From assembly GCF_051307035.1 (NCBI RefSeq), contig NZ_CP195536.1, positions 1,800,001 to 1,832,000 of the forward strand: DNA of 32,000 nt. Direction: 5' to 3'. The stretch is from Psychrobacter sp. DM4. GTDB lineage: Bacteria; Pseudomonadota; Gammaproteobacteria; Pseudomonadales; Moraxellaceae. This document shows positions 9,811 to 18,292 of this stretch, piece after piece. A program made the position numbers and the translations under genes. The notes beneath the pieces are model-generated. The model was given only the letters and a program-made list of their open reading frames with translations, was not told where the DNA came from and searched no databases. The stretch's first letter is position 1. Each line of letters begins with the position of its first letter.

Positions 9811-10785
9811 ATGCAAATTTTCCTCGCTCGAAATAATGTACAAGCAGGTCCTTATGATCTAAATCAGCTTAATATCATGTTGAGCTCTGGTGAAGTGACG
9901 CTAGATGACTTGATATGGCATGACGGTTTAGATCAGTGGCAACGAATTGGCAACTTGACGGGCAATCAGACGGTCTATCGTCCTACTACTATCGCTGTCA
10001 CTAACAATACTAGTGACAACGACTCCATCATTAACAACGTCACGGTATTTCCAGAAGATACCCCTAGCAATACGCAAAAAAACAATAACGTCTCTCTTGA
10101 TAGACTTTATGGTAAGCCTGAACGCGCAAAAACGGATGCTAAAGGCGGCATGACGAGCAATCCTCTACATAAGCCAAACAACGTCTCGCTCAATAAGTCT
10201 AGTAGCAAAAAGCTCGCTACCGATAAAGTGCTTGGTGATGTAGTGTTAGCGCCTATTATGTCTCGAATATTGGCAACAGCTATCAATGCTTTGTTATATG
10301 TACTCGCGATTTTGCCATTGGTATTAGCATTGACCAAGTTAGATATTGATTACAGTAAGTTCCAAAATTTTCAAGATATGGATGCAGCTTACCAGTACTC
10401 TATGACGCTAATGGAGAGCTTGCCCAGTAGCACTTTGATGATTTCGCAAGTCATGGTCTTTGGTTTGTTCGCATTGCAACTGGTGTTTATTATTATGCGC
10501 GGACAATCTCTTGGCAAGTTGCTGACTGGTATTCGCGTTGTTGATCAAACGACTCATCGCCTGCCTTCATTTCTTAAACTCATAGGTATGCGAACTCTAC
10601 TGCTATTTATCATTTATAACTTGCTCTTCTCGTTTACCAGCTTTTTGGGCTTTATTGTTATTTTGATCCATTATTATATGGCGTCAAAAAGTGCTGAAAA
10701 TGTGGGCTGGCATGATAAGCTGGCTAAGACTTTGGTTGTTCGCGCTGATAGTGCTCAGCTCATCAAACCATCGAAAGTGAAATAA
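9811..10785 (+). CDS. GYF_2 (DUF4339)-domain plus RDD-family membrane protein
   Basis: The N-terminus (GPYDLNQLNIMLSSGEVTLDDLIWHDGLDQWQRIGNL) is GYF_2-like. An N/S/T-rich linker follows. The C-terminal half has 3-4 TM helices and an RDD-type loop (RGQSLGKLLTGIRVVD). Confidence 0.65.
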   Translation: MQIFLARNNVQAGPYDLNQLNIMLSSGEVTLDDLIWHDGLDQWQRIGNLTGNQTVYRPTTIAVTNNTSDNDSIINNVTVFPEDTPSNTQKNNNVSLDRLYGKPERAKTDAKGGMTSNPLHKPNNVSLNKSSSKKLATDKVLGDVVLAPIMSRILATAINALLYVLAILPLVLALTKLDIDYSKFQNFQDMDAAYQYSMTLMESLPSSTLMISQVMVFGLFALQLVFIIMRGQSLGKLLTGIRVVDQTTHRLPSFLKLIGMRTLLLFIIYNLLFSFTSFLGFIVILIHYYMASKSAENVGWHDKLAKTLVVRADSAQLIKPSKVK

Positions 10786-10803
10786 ATGTACAGATATTCG
10801 AAG

Positions 10804-10829
10804 AGCAGCGCTAAGTCGCTGCTTTTTTA
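10804..10829 (+). terminator. Rho-independent terminator
   Basis: AGCAGCG-ctaagt-CGCTGCT followed by TTTTT, 19 nt after the stop at 10785. Confidence 0.75.
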
Positions 10830-10872
10830 TGAGTGCTGGTTGTTAAAGATATTATTCTAGAAAATATTAAAC

Positions 10873-10901
10873 TTTGTGTTAACACTCGAGTACTGCTATA
10901 A
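10873..10901 (+). promoter_or_regulatory. Candidate sigma70 promoter of the rpsF operon (extended -10)
   Basis: TTGTGT (10873-10878), a 17-bp spacer, then TGcTATAAT (-10 at 10896-10901) followed by the GC-rich discriminator ACGGCGC. The 14-mer ACTGCTATAATACG is shared with the tRNA-Leu promoter at 31527-31540. Confidence 0.5.
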
Positions 10902-10967
10902 TACGGCGCTTTATATCCTAAGCTTACCCTTCCTAAAAAAGACTAAGTTTACCTTATAAATCTCCTT

Positions 10968-10990
10968 GCTATCGGCATAGGGCTGATAGC
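10968..10990 (+). promoter_or_regulatory. Hairpin in the rpsF 5' leader (possible S6:S18 autoregulatory element)
   Basis: GCTATC-ggcatagggct-GATAGC, 22 nt upstream of the rpsF ATG and followed by AATCCGTAAGGAG. This is positional analogy only. Confidence 0.3.
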
Positions 10991-11012
10991 TACTAATCCG
11001 TAAGGAGTCCAA

Positions 11013-11405
11013 ATGCGACATTACGAACTGGTGTTACTTGTACACCCAGACCAAAGCGACCAAGTGGTCGGCATGGTCGAGCGCTACATCAAGTTAGTGC
11101 AAGACAATGGCGGCGCTATCCATCGCCTAGAAGATTGGGGCCGCCGTCAATTGGCTTATCCAATCAACAAGATTCACAAAGCTCATTATGTTTTATTCAA
11201 CGTTGAAACTGACGGTGAGACTTTAGCTGAGCTTGAAGAGCTGTTCCGTTATAACGACGCCATCATCCGTAGCTTAGTCATGCGCCGTGATGAAGCGGTC
11301 ACTGAAGAGTCGCAGTTAGCTAAGAATGCCGATGAAAAACGTGCACGCAAAGCTACTACTCCACGTCGTTCAGACGACAATGACAACGACAACAGTGAAG
11401 ACTAA
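11013..11405 (+). CDS. rpsF: 30S ribosomal protein S6
   Basis: [18 protein letters not shown]...[13 protein letters not shown] is the canonical S6 sequence. It has an acidic C-terminal tail, and SD AAGGAG is present. Confidence 0.95.
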   Translation: MRHYELVLLVHPDQSDQVVGMVERYIKLVQDNGGAIHRLEDWGRRQLAYPINKIHKAHYVLFNVETDGETLAELEELFRYNDAIIRSLVMRRDEAVTEESQLAKNADEKRARKATTPRRSDDNDNDNSED

Positions 11406-11421
11406 TTAAAGGAGAATACTT

Positions 11422-11652
11422 ATGGCACGTTTCTATCGCCGTCGCAAATTCTGCCGTTTCACTGCTGAAGGCATCACTCACATCGACTATAAAGATGTTG
11501 AATTGCTAAAACAGTACATCAGTGATAATGGTAAAATCGTACCGAGTCGTATTACTGGTACGTCTACAAAATATCAACGTCAATTAGCTACTGCTATCAA
11601 ACAAGCTCGCTATTTGTCGCTACTTCCATACACTGACAACCATCAGGGTTAA
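11422..11652 (+). CDS. rpsR: 30S ribosomal protein S18
   Basis: [51 protein letters not shown] is the canonical S18 sequence. SD AGGAG is present. Confidence 0.95.
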   Translation: MARFYRRRKFCRFTAEGITHIDYKDVELLKQYISDNGKIVPSRITGTSTKYQRQLATAIKQARYLSLLPYTDNHQG

Positions 11653-11672
11653 CCGTTAACTAGGAGTGACTC

Positions 11673-12185
11673 ATGCAAATTATTTTGTTACAGCGTATCG
11701 TCAACCTTGGTAAACTCGGTGAAACTGTCGATGTAAAACCAGGTTACGGACGTAACTTTCTTATCCCGCACGGTAAGGCTCTGCCTGCTACTAAAGCGAA
11801 TATCGAGAAGTTTGAAGCGCGCCGCGCAGAACTTGAAGCTGAAGAAGCAAAAGAAGTTGCTACTGCTCAAACTCGTGCTGATGCGCTCACTGACGTCAAT
11901 GTCATTATGCGTGCAAAATCAGGCGACGAAGGCAAGCTATTTGGTTCTATCGGTACGCGCGACATCGCTGAAGCTTTGACTAATTCAGGTCTAGAAGTAG
12001 ATCGTGCTGAAATCAAGCTGCCTGAAGGCACACTTCGTCAGATCGGCGAATATAGTGTTGATATCCAGCTACATCACGACGTTACGGCAACTATCTTAGT
12101 CACTATTCTTTCTGAAGATGGCGATGACGAAGATGCTGACGTAGAAGAAGATACCGCTGAGAGCGAAGAGACTTCTGAAGAGTAA
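11673..12185 (+). CDS. rplI: 50S ribosomal protein L9 with an acidic C-terminal extension
   Basis: [36 protein letters not shown] is the canonical L9 sequence. A ~22-aa D/E-rich tail follows ([24 protein letters not shown]). Confidence 0.95.
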   Translation: MQIILLQRIVNLGKLGETVDVKPGYGRNFLIPHGKALPATKANIEKFEARRAELEAEEAKEVATAQTRADALTDVNVIMRAKSGDEGKLFGSIGTRDIAEALTNSGLEVDRAEIKLPEGTLRQIGEYSVDIQLHHDVTATILVTILSEDGDDEDADVEEDTAESEETSEE

Positions 12186-12203
12186 TCTTTAGATTTTCTT
12201 AAT

Positions 12204-12237
12204 AAAAAACCAGTGACTTTATGTCGCTGGTTTTTTT
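12204..12237. terminator. Rho-independent terminator of the rpsF-rpsR-rplI operon
   Basis: aaaaaaCCAGTGAC-tttat-GTCGCTGGttttttt: an 8-bp stem with one wobble, an A-tract upstream and a 7-T tract downstream. Confidence 0.8.
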
Positions 12238-12393
12238 GGTTAAAATTACGAGCTTGTCTTAATTTGATAAATGATACTCCCAGATATAAATCCAAATACT
12301 TATACTATTTGCTACGCTAGCAGATTCTCTACTTTATAATGCTATGATTAGCCTAATTGCACGATTCAAACTTGGATAATTGTAGAGAACTTG

Positions 12394-13530
12394 ATGAGAA
12401 TTTTAATCGCTCCTGACTCATTTAAAGAAAGCCTAGAGGCGCTAGAGGTGTGCTGTGCTATCGCGTCAGGCTTTCGTCAGATATTCTCTGATGCGAACTA
12501 CACTTTATTGCCTATGGCAGATGGCGGCGAAGGGACATCAGCAGTATTATCTTACGCGCTTGGTGGGCGCTGGAAAAACGTGGTGGTCAATGATCCACTG
12601 ATGCGACCTATCACTGCCAAATATCTACTGTTAGAAAATAAAACGGCCGTGATTGAAATTGCTCAAGCCTGTGGTCTGCATCTATTGACAAGCGAAGAAA
12701 GAGATCCGCTCATCACTAGCAGCTACGGTGTCGGCGAACTTATTGCGGATGCTTTGAGTGAGGGCGCTAAACGCATCATTATCGGTTTGGGCGGTAGTGC
12801 GACCAATGATGCCGGTCTTGGTATGCTCATGGCTTTAGGAATGAGGTTTTATGACGATAAAGGCAAACCTTTGACGCAAGGCGGTAGCGCGCTTGCCAAC
12901 TTAAAGCGGATAGATAACTCAAAATGTCATTCAAAGCTGCTAGACACTATCTTTGAAGTGGCTTGTGATGTGACCAATCCACTATGCGGATCATCAGGGG
13001 CTAGCGTTATTTTTGGGCCTCAAAAAGGCGGCAGTTCTGAGCAAGTGGCGTTATTAGATAAAGCCTTACATCGCTTTGCCACAGTATCTAAACAGCACGG
13101 CTATCCAGATTGTCAAAACATCGCAGGCGCAGGGGCAGCAGGTGGTCTTGGCTTTGCCTTGATGACTTTTTGCGCCGCTCATCTTACATCAGGCTTTGAA
13201 ACCGTGGCTGAGGCTGTCCGTCTAGAAGCGCACATTGCTAATGCTGATCTGATAATTACTGGCGAAGGCAGGCTCGATACACAAAGTGCGATGGGTAAAG
13301 TCGCAGGCGGTATCAGTCAACTGGCAAAAGCCAATGGTAAACCTGTCATTGCAATTTGCGGCAGCGTTGATAAGTTAAACACTGTTCAAAGTACTCAGTT
13401 TGATGTCGTCATGCCAAGTATTCAGAAGATAGATACTATCGATCAAATCTTTAAAGATGCTTATAGCAATGTTGAAGCTACTGCGCGAAATATCGCCGCT
13501 GCTATCAAACTTGGGCAAGACACGACATAG
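12394..13530 (+). CDS. Glycerate kinase (GlxK/GarK family)
   Basis: MRILIAPDSFKESL...MADGGEGT...GLGGSATNDAG...ITGEGRLDTQSAMGK match the family motifs. The ORF track starts one codon earlier at TTG 12391. Confidence 0.9.
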   Translation: MRILIAPDSFKESLEALEVCCAIASGFRQIFSDANYTLLPMADGGEGTSAVLSYALGGRWKNVVVNDPLMRPITAKYLLLENKTAVIEIAQACGLHLLTSEERDPLITSSYGVGELIADALSEGAKRIIIGLGGSATNDAGLGMLMALGMRFYDDKGKPLTQGGSALANLKRIDNSKCHSKLLDTIFEVACDVTNPLCGSSGASVIFGPQKGGSSEQVALLDKALHRFATVSKQHGYPDCQNIAGAGAAGGLGFALMTFCAAHLTSGFETVAEAVRLEAHIANADLIITGEGRLDTQSAMGKVAGGISQLAKANGKPVIAICGSVDKLNTVQSTQFDVVMPSIQKIDTIDQIFKDAYSNVEATARNIAAAIKLGQDTT

Positions 13531-13550
13531 TGGATTGAAGATATCATATA

Positions 13551-13586
13551 AAAAAAGGACACGATAGTGATATCATCTCCTTTTTA
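13551..13586. terminator. Candidate bidirectional terminator between convergent genes
   Basis: aaaaaaGGACACGATAgtgaTATCATCTCCttttt: an imperfect 10-bp stem (2 mismatches) flanked by A- and T-tracts. Confidence 0.45.
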
Positions 13587-13613
13587 TTTAATATAGTGAG
13601 TAGAAGTACTGCG

Positions 13614-13958
13614 TCACTCAGCGGCAATAGCGAGCATCTCAACGAGTAGCTCAGGACGTGCTAGTGCTGACTCACCGCAAGCGCGAGCGGGTGGCTGAAT
13701 GCCTTCGAACCATTTGTCCCATACTTCATTCATCAAAGCAAAGTCTGACATATCCTTAATCCAAACCGTCACGGATAGCAGCTTAGATTTATCACTACCC
13801 ACTTCTTCTAGTAGCGTTTGGATCTTCTCAAGACAGGTTAGCGTTTGCGCTTGGATATCGTCTTCCGCGTTACCCACTTGACCACACAGATACACGGTTT
13901 GGTTATGTACGACGATCTTACTCATACGCTGATTGCTGTGTAACTTCTTAATCATCAT
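13614..13958 (-). CDS. RidA/YjgF-family protein, YoaB-like
   Basis: 114 aa. IVVHNQTVYLCGQV...SKLLSVTVWIKDMSDFALMNEVWDKWF...VEMLAIAA aligns by eye along its whole length with E. coli YoaB. It starts 6 nt after the upstream stop. Confidence 0.8.
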   Translation of the reverse strand: MMIKKLHSNQRMSKIVVHNQTVYLCGQVGNAEDDIQAQTLTCLEKIQTLLEEVGSDKSKLLSVTVWIKDMSDFALMNEVWDKWFEGIQPPARACGESALARPELLVEMLAIAAE

Positions 13959-13964
13959 TTATCC

Positions 13965-15248
13965 CTATATATTATAATTTAAAGATTGTTTTTTTGCGAA
14001 ACGTTGAGCATTAAATGGCTTAACATCAACGGTCAACGGTTTGTCATGGATCAGCTCTTCGACCAGACGACCCGTGATCGGCCCTAAAGTAAAGCCTTGA
14101 TGACTGTGACCAAAGGCGAACCATAACTTATCATGCTTGTCCGCAGGTCCAATAACAGGTTTCATATCTGGCATACAAGGACGCGACCCTGCCCACGCCT
14201 CGCTCTCTACCGCATCTTCTAAAGGTAATATCTTGCTTGCCAGCTTTAACACGGTTTTTAGTTGACCGAAGTTTTTGGGTGCATCCATCGTTGTCATCTC
14301 AGCGCCCGTAGTGATACGAATGCCTTGCTGCATCGGCCCCATCACAAAGCCTTTGTCCATATCGAACATACTATGATGGATGGTGTTTTTGTCGCTTATT
14401 TTAAAATGCTGATGATAGCCGCGCATTGGAAATAGTGGTAGATTGTAGCCGAGCGGTTTGATCAGCTCATTTGACCAAGGGCCTGCGGCAATCACTAAAT
14501 GATCGCTATGGTAGGTTTCTTTGTCAGTCACCACTTGCCAGCCTTTGCTGTCGTTGTCATCAGAAGGTCTGATTTCTTTGACATTACTCTCTTTGATCGT
14601 CCCTTTCATTTCTTGAAAGTTTTTGGCGTATGCTTTTACTAGTGCACTTGGGTTTGAGACCTGCCAAGAGTTCAGCCAGTGAATAGCGCCGACAAAGCCC
14701 TCAAAATTGGCATTGGGCTCCATCGCTTTTAATTCATCAAGGCTCAGTACTTTATGCTCAACGCCCTGCTCACAATCTTCGATAGCCGTTTTGGCCGCCT
14801 TTTTTAACGTCTCCTCGGAGCGGTGAAGCTGTAACCAACCATCACGGGTGATAAGCTCATCAGCACCTGAGGCTTCAATCATAGTTTGATGCTCACTGGT
14901 ACAATGAGCAATCAGCGTTTGCCACTCAGATTCAATCTTTTTGACCGAATCTGGCGTCGAGAATTTCCAGTACTGTAATAGCGCTTGATGATAACGTAGC
15001 AGCGCGGGTATACGATAGCGAATATCCGTGCCTTGATTAGGCAATACGCGAACCATCTCTGTAATCTGACGCGGAAAAGGATGGGTATGAATGGCTTCAC
15101 GCTGAATAAGGCCTGCATTACCATATGAGGTCTCAAGCCCTGGCAATTTTCTATCGAGCATAAGCACTTTGGAGCCGTTTTTTTGTAAGTGCCAAGCTGC
15201 TGCGGTGCCAACCATACCTGCACCAATTACAACCACGTCATAACGCAT
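13965..15248 (-). CDS. FAD-dependent oxidoreductase of the DAO family (D-amino-acid dehydrogenase-like)
   Basis: MRYDVVVIGAGMVGTAAAWHL Rossmann fold. PLFPMRGYHQHF, AGSRPCMPDMKPVIG and FGHSHQGFTLGPITGRLVEELI parallel the DadA motifs. Confidence 0.8.
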   Translation of the reverse strand: MRYDVVVIGAGMVGTAAAWHLQKNGSKVLMLDRKLPGLETSYGNAGLIQREAIHTHPFPRQITEMVRVLPNQGTDIRYRIPALLRYHQALLQYWKFSTPDSVKKIESEWQTLIAHCTSEHQTMIEASGADELITRDGWLQLHRSEETLKKAAKTAIEDCEQGVEHKVLSLDELKAMEPNANFEGFVGAIHWLNSWQVSNPSALVKAYAKNFQEMKGTIKESNVKEIRPSDDNDSKGWQVVTDKETYHSDHLVIAAGPWSNELIKPLGYNLPLFPMRGYHQHFKISDKNTIHHSMFDMDKGFVMGPMQQGIRITTGAEMTTMDAPKNFGQLKTVLKLASKILPLEDAVESEAWAGSRPCMPDMKPVIGPADKHDKLWFAFGHSHQGFTLGPITGRLVEELIHDKPLTVDVKPFNAQRFAKKQSLNYNI

Positions 15249-15326
15249 AGCCTATCCTTTTTGCTAAGAACATAAAGAAGTTTATGCAGATATGGTAACG
15301 CATTAATATGGATTTTGAACCACTAT

Positions 15327-15346
15327 TTAACAAAAATTTTTGTTAA
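15327..15346. promoter_or_regulatory. Perfect 20-bp palindrome in a divergent promoter region
   Basis: TTAACAAAAATTTTTGTTAA lies between the DadA-like start (15248) and the SMR start (15461). It is a candidate operator, but it is very AT-rich. Confidence 0.3.
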
Positions 15347-15460
15347 GCCATACTTTTGGTTATACATGCTTTTTCTCTCTTACAACTACCATATATATGT
15401 ACTAGATTGCTTGACTTGATTTGTCTTATTCAGGGCGCATTACAGTAGCTTTGAATATCT

Positions 15461-15823
15461 GTGGTTAGGACGATTCTTATAAATCCTGTTGTGATCGGCT
15501 ATAGCTTTTTAGCGTTAGCTATCGTTTTTGAAGTTCTTGGTACGACCTTTTTGGTCAAGTCTGAACAGTTTACGCGTCTAATGCCTACTGTTTTGATGGC
15601 GGTACTCTATATTGGCTCATTTTACTTTTTGTCGCAGACACTGAAGACGATTCCTTTAGGTATCGCCTATGCCATATGGGGCGGCGTGGGTATTGTCTTG
15701 ACCGCTATTATTGGTTTCGTTATTTTTAAGCAAAGTATTGATCTGCCTGCAATTTTAGGCATCATTCTGATAATAAGTGGTGTAGTGGTTATTGATGTGT
15801 TTTCGCAGACGGTTGGGCATTGA
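15461..15823 (+). CDS. SMR-family small multidrug resistance efflux protein (EmrE/QacE-like)
   Basis: Four TM helices. The membrane-embedded Glu is in AIVFEVLGTTF, and PLGIAYAIWGGVGIVL is present. The start is uncertain. GTG 15461 gives 120 aa. GTG 15491 gives 110 aa with the Glu at position 14, as in E. coli EmrE. Confidence 0.85.
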   Translation: MVRTILINPVVIGYSFLALAIVFEVLGTTFLVKSEQFTRLMPTVLMAVLYIGSFYFLSQTLKTIPLGIAYAIWGGVGIVLTAIIGFVIFKQSIDLPAILGIILIISGVVVIDVFSQTVGH

Positions 15824-15848
15824 ATTGAGTGAGGGCAATTTAGAAATC

Positions 15849-18023
15849 TCACCACCAAACAGGATCCTCACTCACCAGCGTCTCAAGCAGCTTTCTTGAG
15901 CGCTTAACCTCAACCTCGTTAGCGGACAGCTCAGCGATAAAACGCGTTGGCTTATCAAAATAACCAGAATAGCTGGCGAAGTAATCAGGCGCAGTCAGGT
16001 ACAGCTTATTTTTGGCGCGACTGCACGCCACATAGAACAGCTTACGCTCCTCTTCTAAATCCTCAAAGTCATCCAACGAGCGATGATGCGGCGTCATGCC
16101 ATCTACAAGCGCGTTGACAAACACAATCGGCCACTCAAGCCCTTTGGCACTATGAATGGTCGAAATAGTCACCTTATCTGTGTCATCATCCTCTGGAGTA
16201 TCCATCGCTGCCACTGAGTCATTAGGGGGATCTAGCGCCAAGTTTTCTAAAAAGTTATCTAGGCTACTATGCTCAGTCGCCAAGTTTTTGAGCACGCGAA
16301 AATCCTCGCTGCGCTCACGCCAGTTCTCCTCCACCGTCTTTAGAATGGGAATATAAAAGTCGAGCACCAGATCGATAATGGTCTCTACCGACTGCGCTTG
16401 TTGCGCTTTGTTCAAGGTCGTATGAAGCGGCGCAAGCTGCGGGCTTTTTTTGCTGAATTTTGGTAGGAGTAGTGGCTCAAATGAGTTGTTGTCGCTATTG
16501 ATTGCTTGCGTCAAACGCGTGGCAGTGACCGCGCCGACACCTTTAAACAAAGTCAAAATGCGATGCCAAGCTATGGTGTCATTAGGGTTATATAGGATTT
16601 TGACAAAGGCTAAGACGTCTTTGACATGACGACGCTCGATGAACTTGATACCGCCGACGACGATAAAGGGGATACGGCGTTCCATAAATTCAAGCTGCAC
16701 GTAATTGGACTGAAAGGAGGTACGGCACAGTACCGCACAGTCGCTATAGTCAAAATCGGCTTTGTGCTCGATGATTTGATTGGCGATGTATTTGGCTTCT
16801 TTTGTCTCATCGCTGGCACGGCTAAAGATAGGTTTTTCGCCCGTTATAGCCGCGTTTGAGTACAGCTGTTTTTGATAGCCCAAAGTGATTTGCGCTGATA
16901 GCGCATTGATATAACTCAAAATAGCAGGCGTACTACGATAATTCTGCTCAAGCTTAATCAGACTCGCCTCAGGATAGGTCTCACCAAAGAGCAAAATATT
17001 CTCATAGTTCGCACCGCGAAAGGCGTAGATACTCTGATTGTCATCGCCTACGACCATGAGAGATACGGACGCTGGCGCACAAATGAGATCGATGAGCTGC
17101 TTTTGCGGAATATTGGTATCTTGATATTCATCGACCATGACGTAGCGGTAGTTGTCTTGCAACAGCTGACGGAAGGTATCATTGGATTTGAGATGGCGGA
17201 CTACTTGGCTGATAATGTCATCAAAGTCGTATAAATGATTGGCGCGTTTATACTCGTGAAAATCGATAGCCAATTGCTCAATGATAGGAATATGAATAGC
17301 AATATCAGGATAGCTGTCTTCGATGAGAGTATGAATCGGAATACGGCGGTTTCTAGAGGTTGAAAAGATATTCTGTAAGGTGCGTTTGCGCGGAAAGGCT
17401 TGTTTTTGTGTTTGCGCAGGGTACTTTTTTTCTTTATAGATGAGGTCAATAGCGTCCTCAGCGTCACCCGTATCTAAGATAGTAAAGCGCGGATTGATAC
17501 CGAGTAGTCCTGAGTATTGACGCAGCAAGCGATTACAGAATGAATGAAAAGTGCCGCTGGTGATACCGCTTATCATTTTGCTAGTGGGTAAGATGTTCTC
17601 GGACAACTCTTCATCCGATAAGGTATTAGTGAGCAAAGTCTTTGCACGGTTTTTGATCTCATTCGCAGCTTTACGAGTAAAGGTGAGCAGCAGTATTTGT
17701 TTGGGCGCAATGCCATTTTCTAATAGGTAGCTGGTACGGTAAGTCAGCGTTTTGGTCTTACCAGAACCTGCCCCTGCAATAACTAACGCTTTGCCCTCAA
17801 TAGTTGTGGCAGCGAGCAACTGATTGGGATTGAGCTCACTGGCATAATCCACCTTTAGTCCCAAATCTGCATGCAAGCGCTGCTCTAATACTTTGTTATC
17901 AGCATCTACTAGATTCGCTTCTAACTTTTTAATGGCTTGCTCAAGGCGGGCAAGTTTGGGTTTAATGTCCACGAAGTTTTGCGGATAGCTATACTGGCGC
18001 GTATCAAAAATAGTGGTCGTCAT
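15849..18023 (-). CDS. UvrD/Rep/PcrA-family (SF1A) ATP-dependent DNA helicase
   Basis: 724 aa with Walker A AGAGSGKTKTL, motif II DEYQDT, motif III VGDDNQSIYAFRGA, motif IV QNYRSTP, and motifs V/VI TIHSAKGLEW and YVACSRAKNKLYL. A ~60-aa coiled-coil-like N-terminal extension precedes motif Q/I. Confidence 0.9.
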   Translation of the reverse strand: MTTTIFDTRQYSYPQNFVDIKPKLARLEQAIKKLEANLVDADNKVLEQRLHADLGLKVDYASELNPNQLLAATTIEGKALVIAGAGSGKTKTLTYRTSYLLENGIAPKQILLLTFTRKAANEIKNRAKTLLTNTLSDEELSENILPTSKMISGITSGTFHSFCNRLLRQYSGLLGINPRFTILDTGDAEDAIDLIYKEKKYPAQTQKQAFPRKRTLQNIFSTSRNRRIPIHTLIEDSYPDIAIHIPIIEQLAIDFHEYKRANHLYDFDDIISQVVRHLKSNDTFRQLLQDNYRYVMVDEYQDTNIPQKQLIDLICAPASVSLMVVGDDNQSIYAFRGANYENILLFGETYPEASLIKLEQNYRSTPAILSYINALSAQITLGYQKQLYSNAAITGEKPIFSRASDETKEAKYIANQIIEHKADFDYSDCAVLCRTSFQSNYVQLEFMERRIPFIVVGGIKFIERRHVKDVLAFVKILYNPNDTIAWHRILTLFKGVGAVTATRLTQAINSDNNSFEPLLLPKFSKKSPQLAPLHTTLNKAQQAQSVETIIDLVLDFYIPILKTVEENWRERSEDFRVLKNLATEHSSLDNFLENLALDPPNDSVAAMDTPEDDDTDKVTISTIHSAKGLEWPIVFVNALVDGMTPHHRSLDDFEDLEEERKLFYVACSRAKNKLYLTAPDYFASYSGYFDKPTRFIAELSANEVEVKRSRKLLETLVSEDPVWW

Positions 18024-18292
18024 CGTTAGTGAATGCCCGTCATATGGTTTTAATAAGTGTGTTTACAAGTGGTTGTTTATGCTCTAGGAGAGTAAGGCTG
18101 TATTAGCGGTTATCTTTAGGATAGCTATAGAGTACCTATAAAAAGGCTGACGCGCCATGGTATAAATACAAAGTAACAACTCACCCATCCCTTAGCAAAT
18201 TTGCTACAATATGCCCAATTTTGGATGGCACTCTAAACGCGCTACCCTACCTGATTTTATAACATTGTTCTTAATACTACTGAGAGACCACT

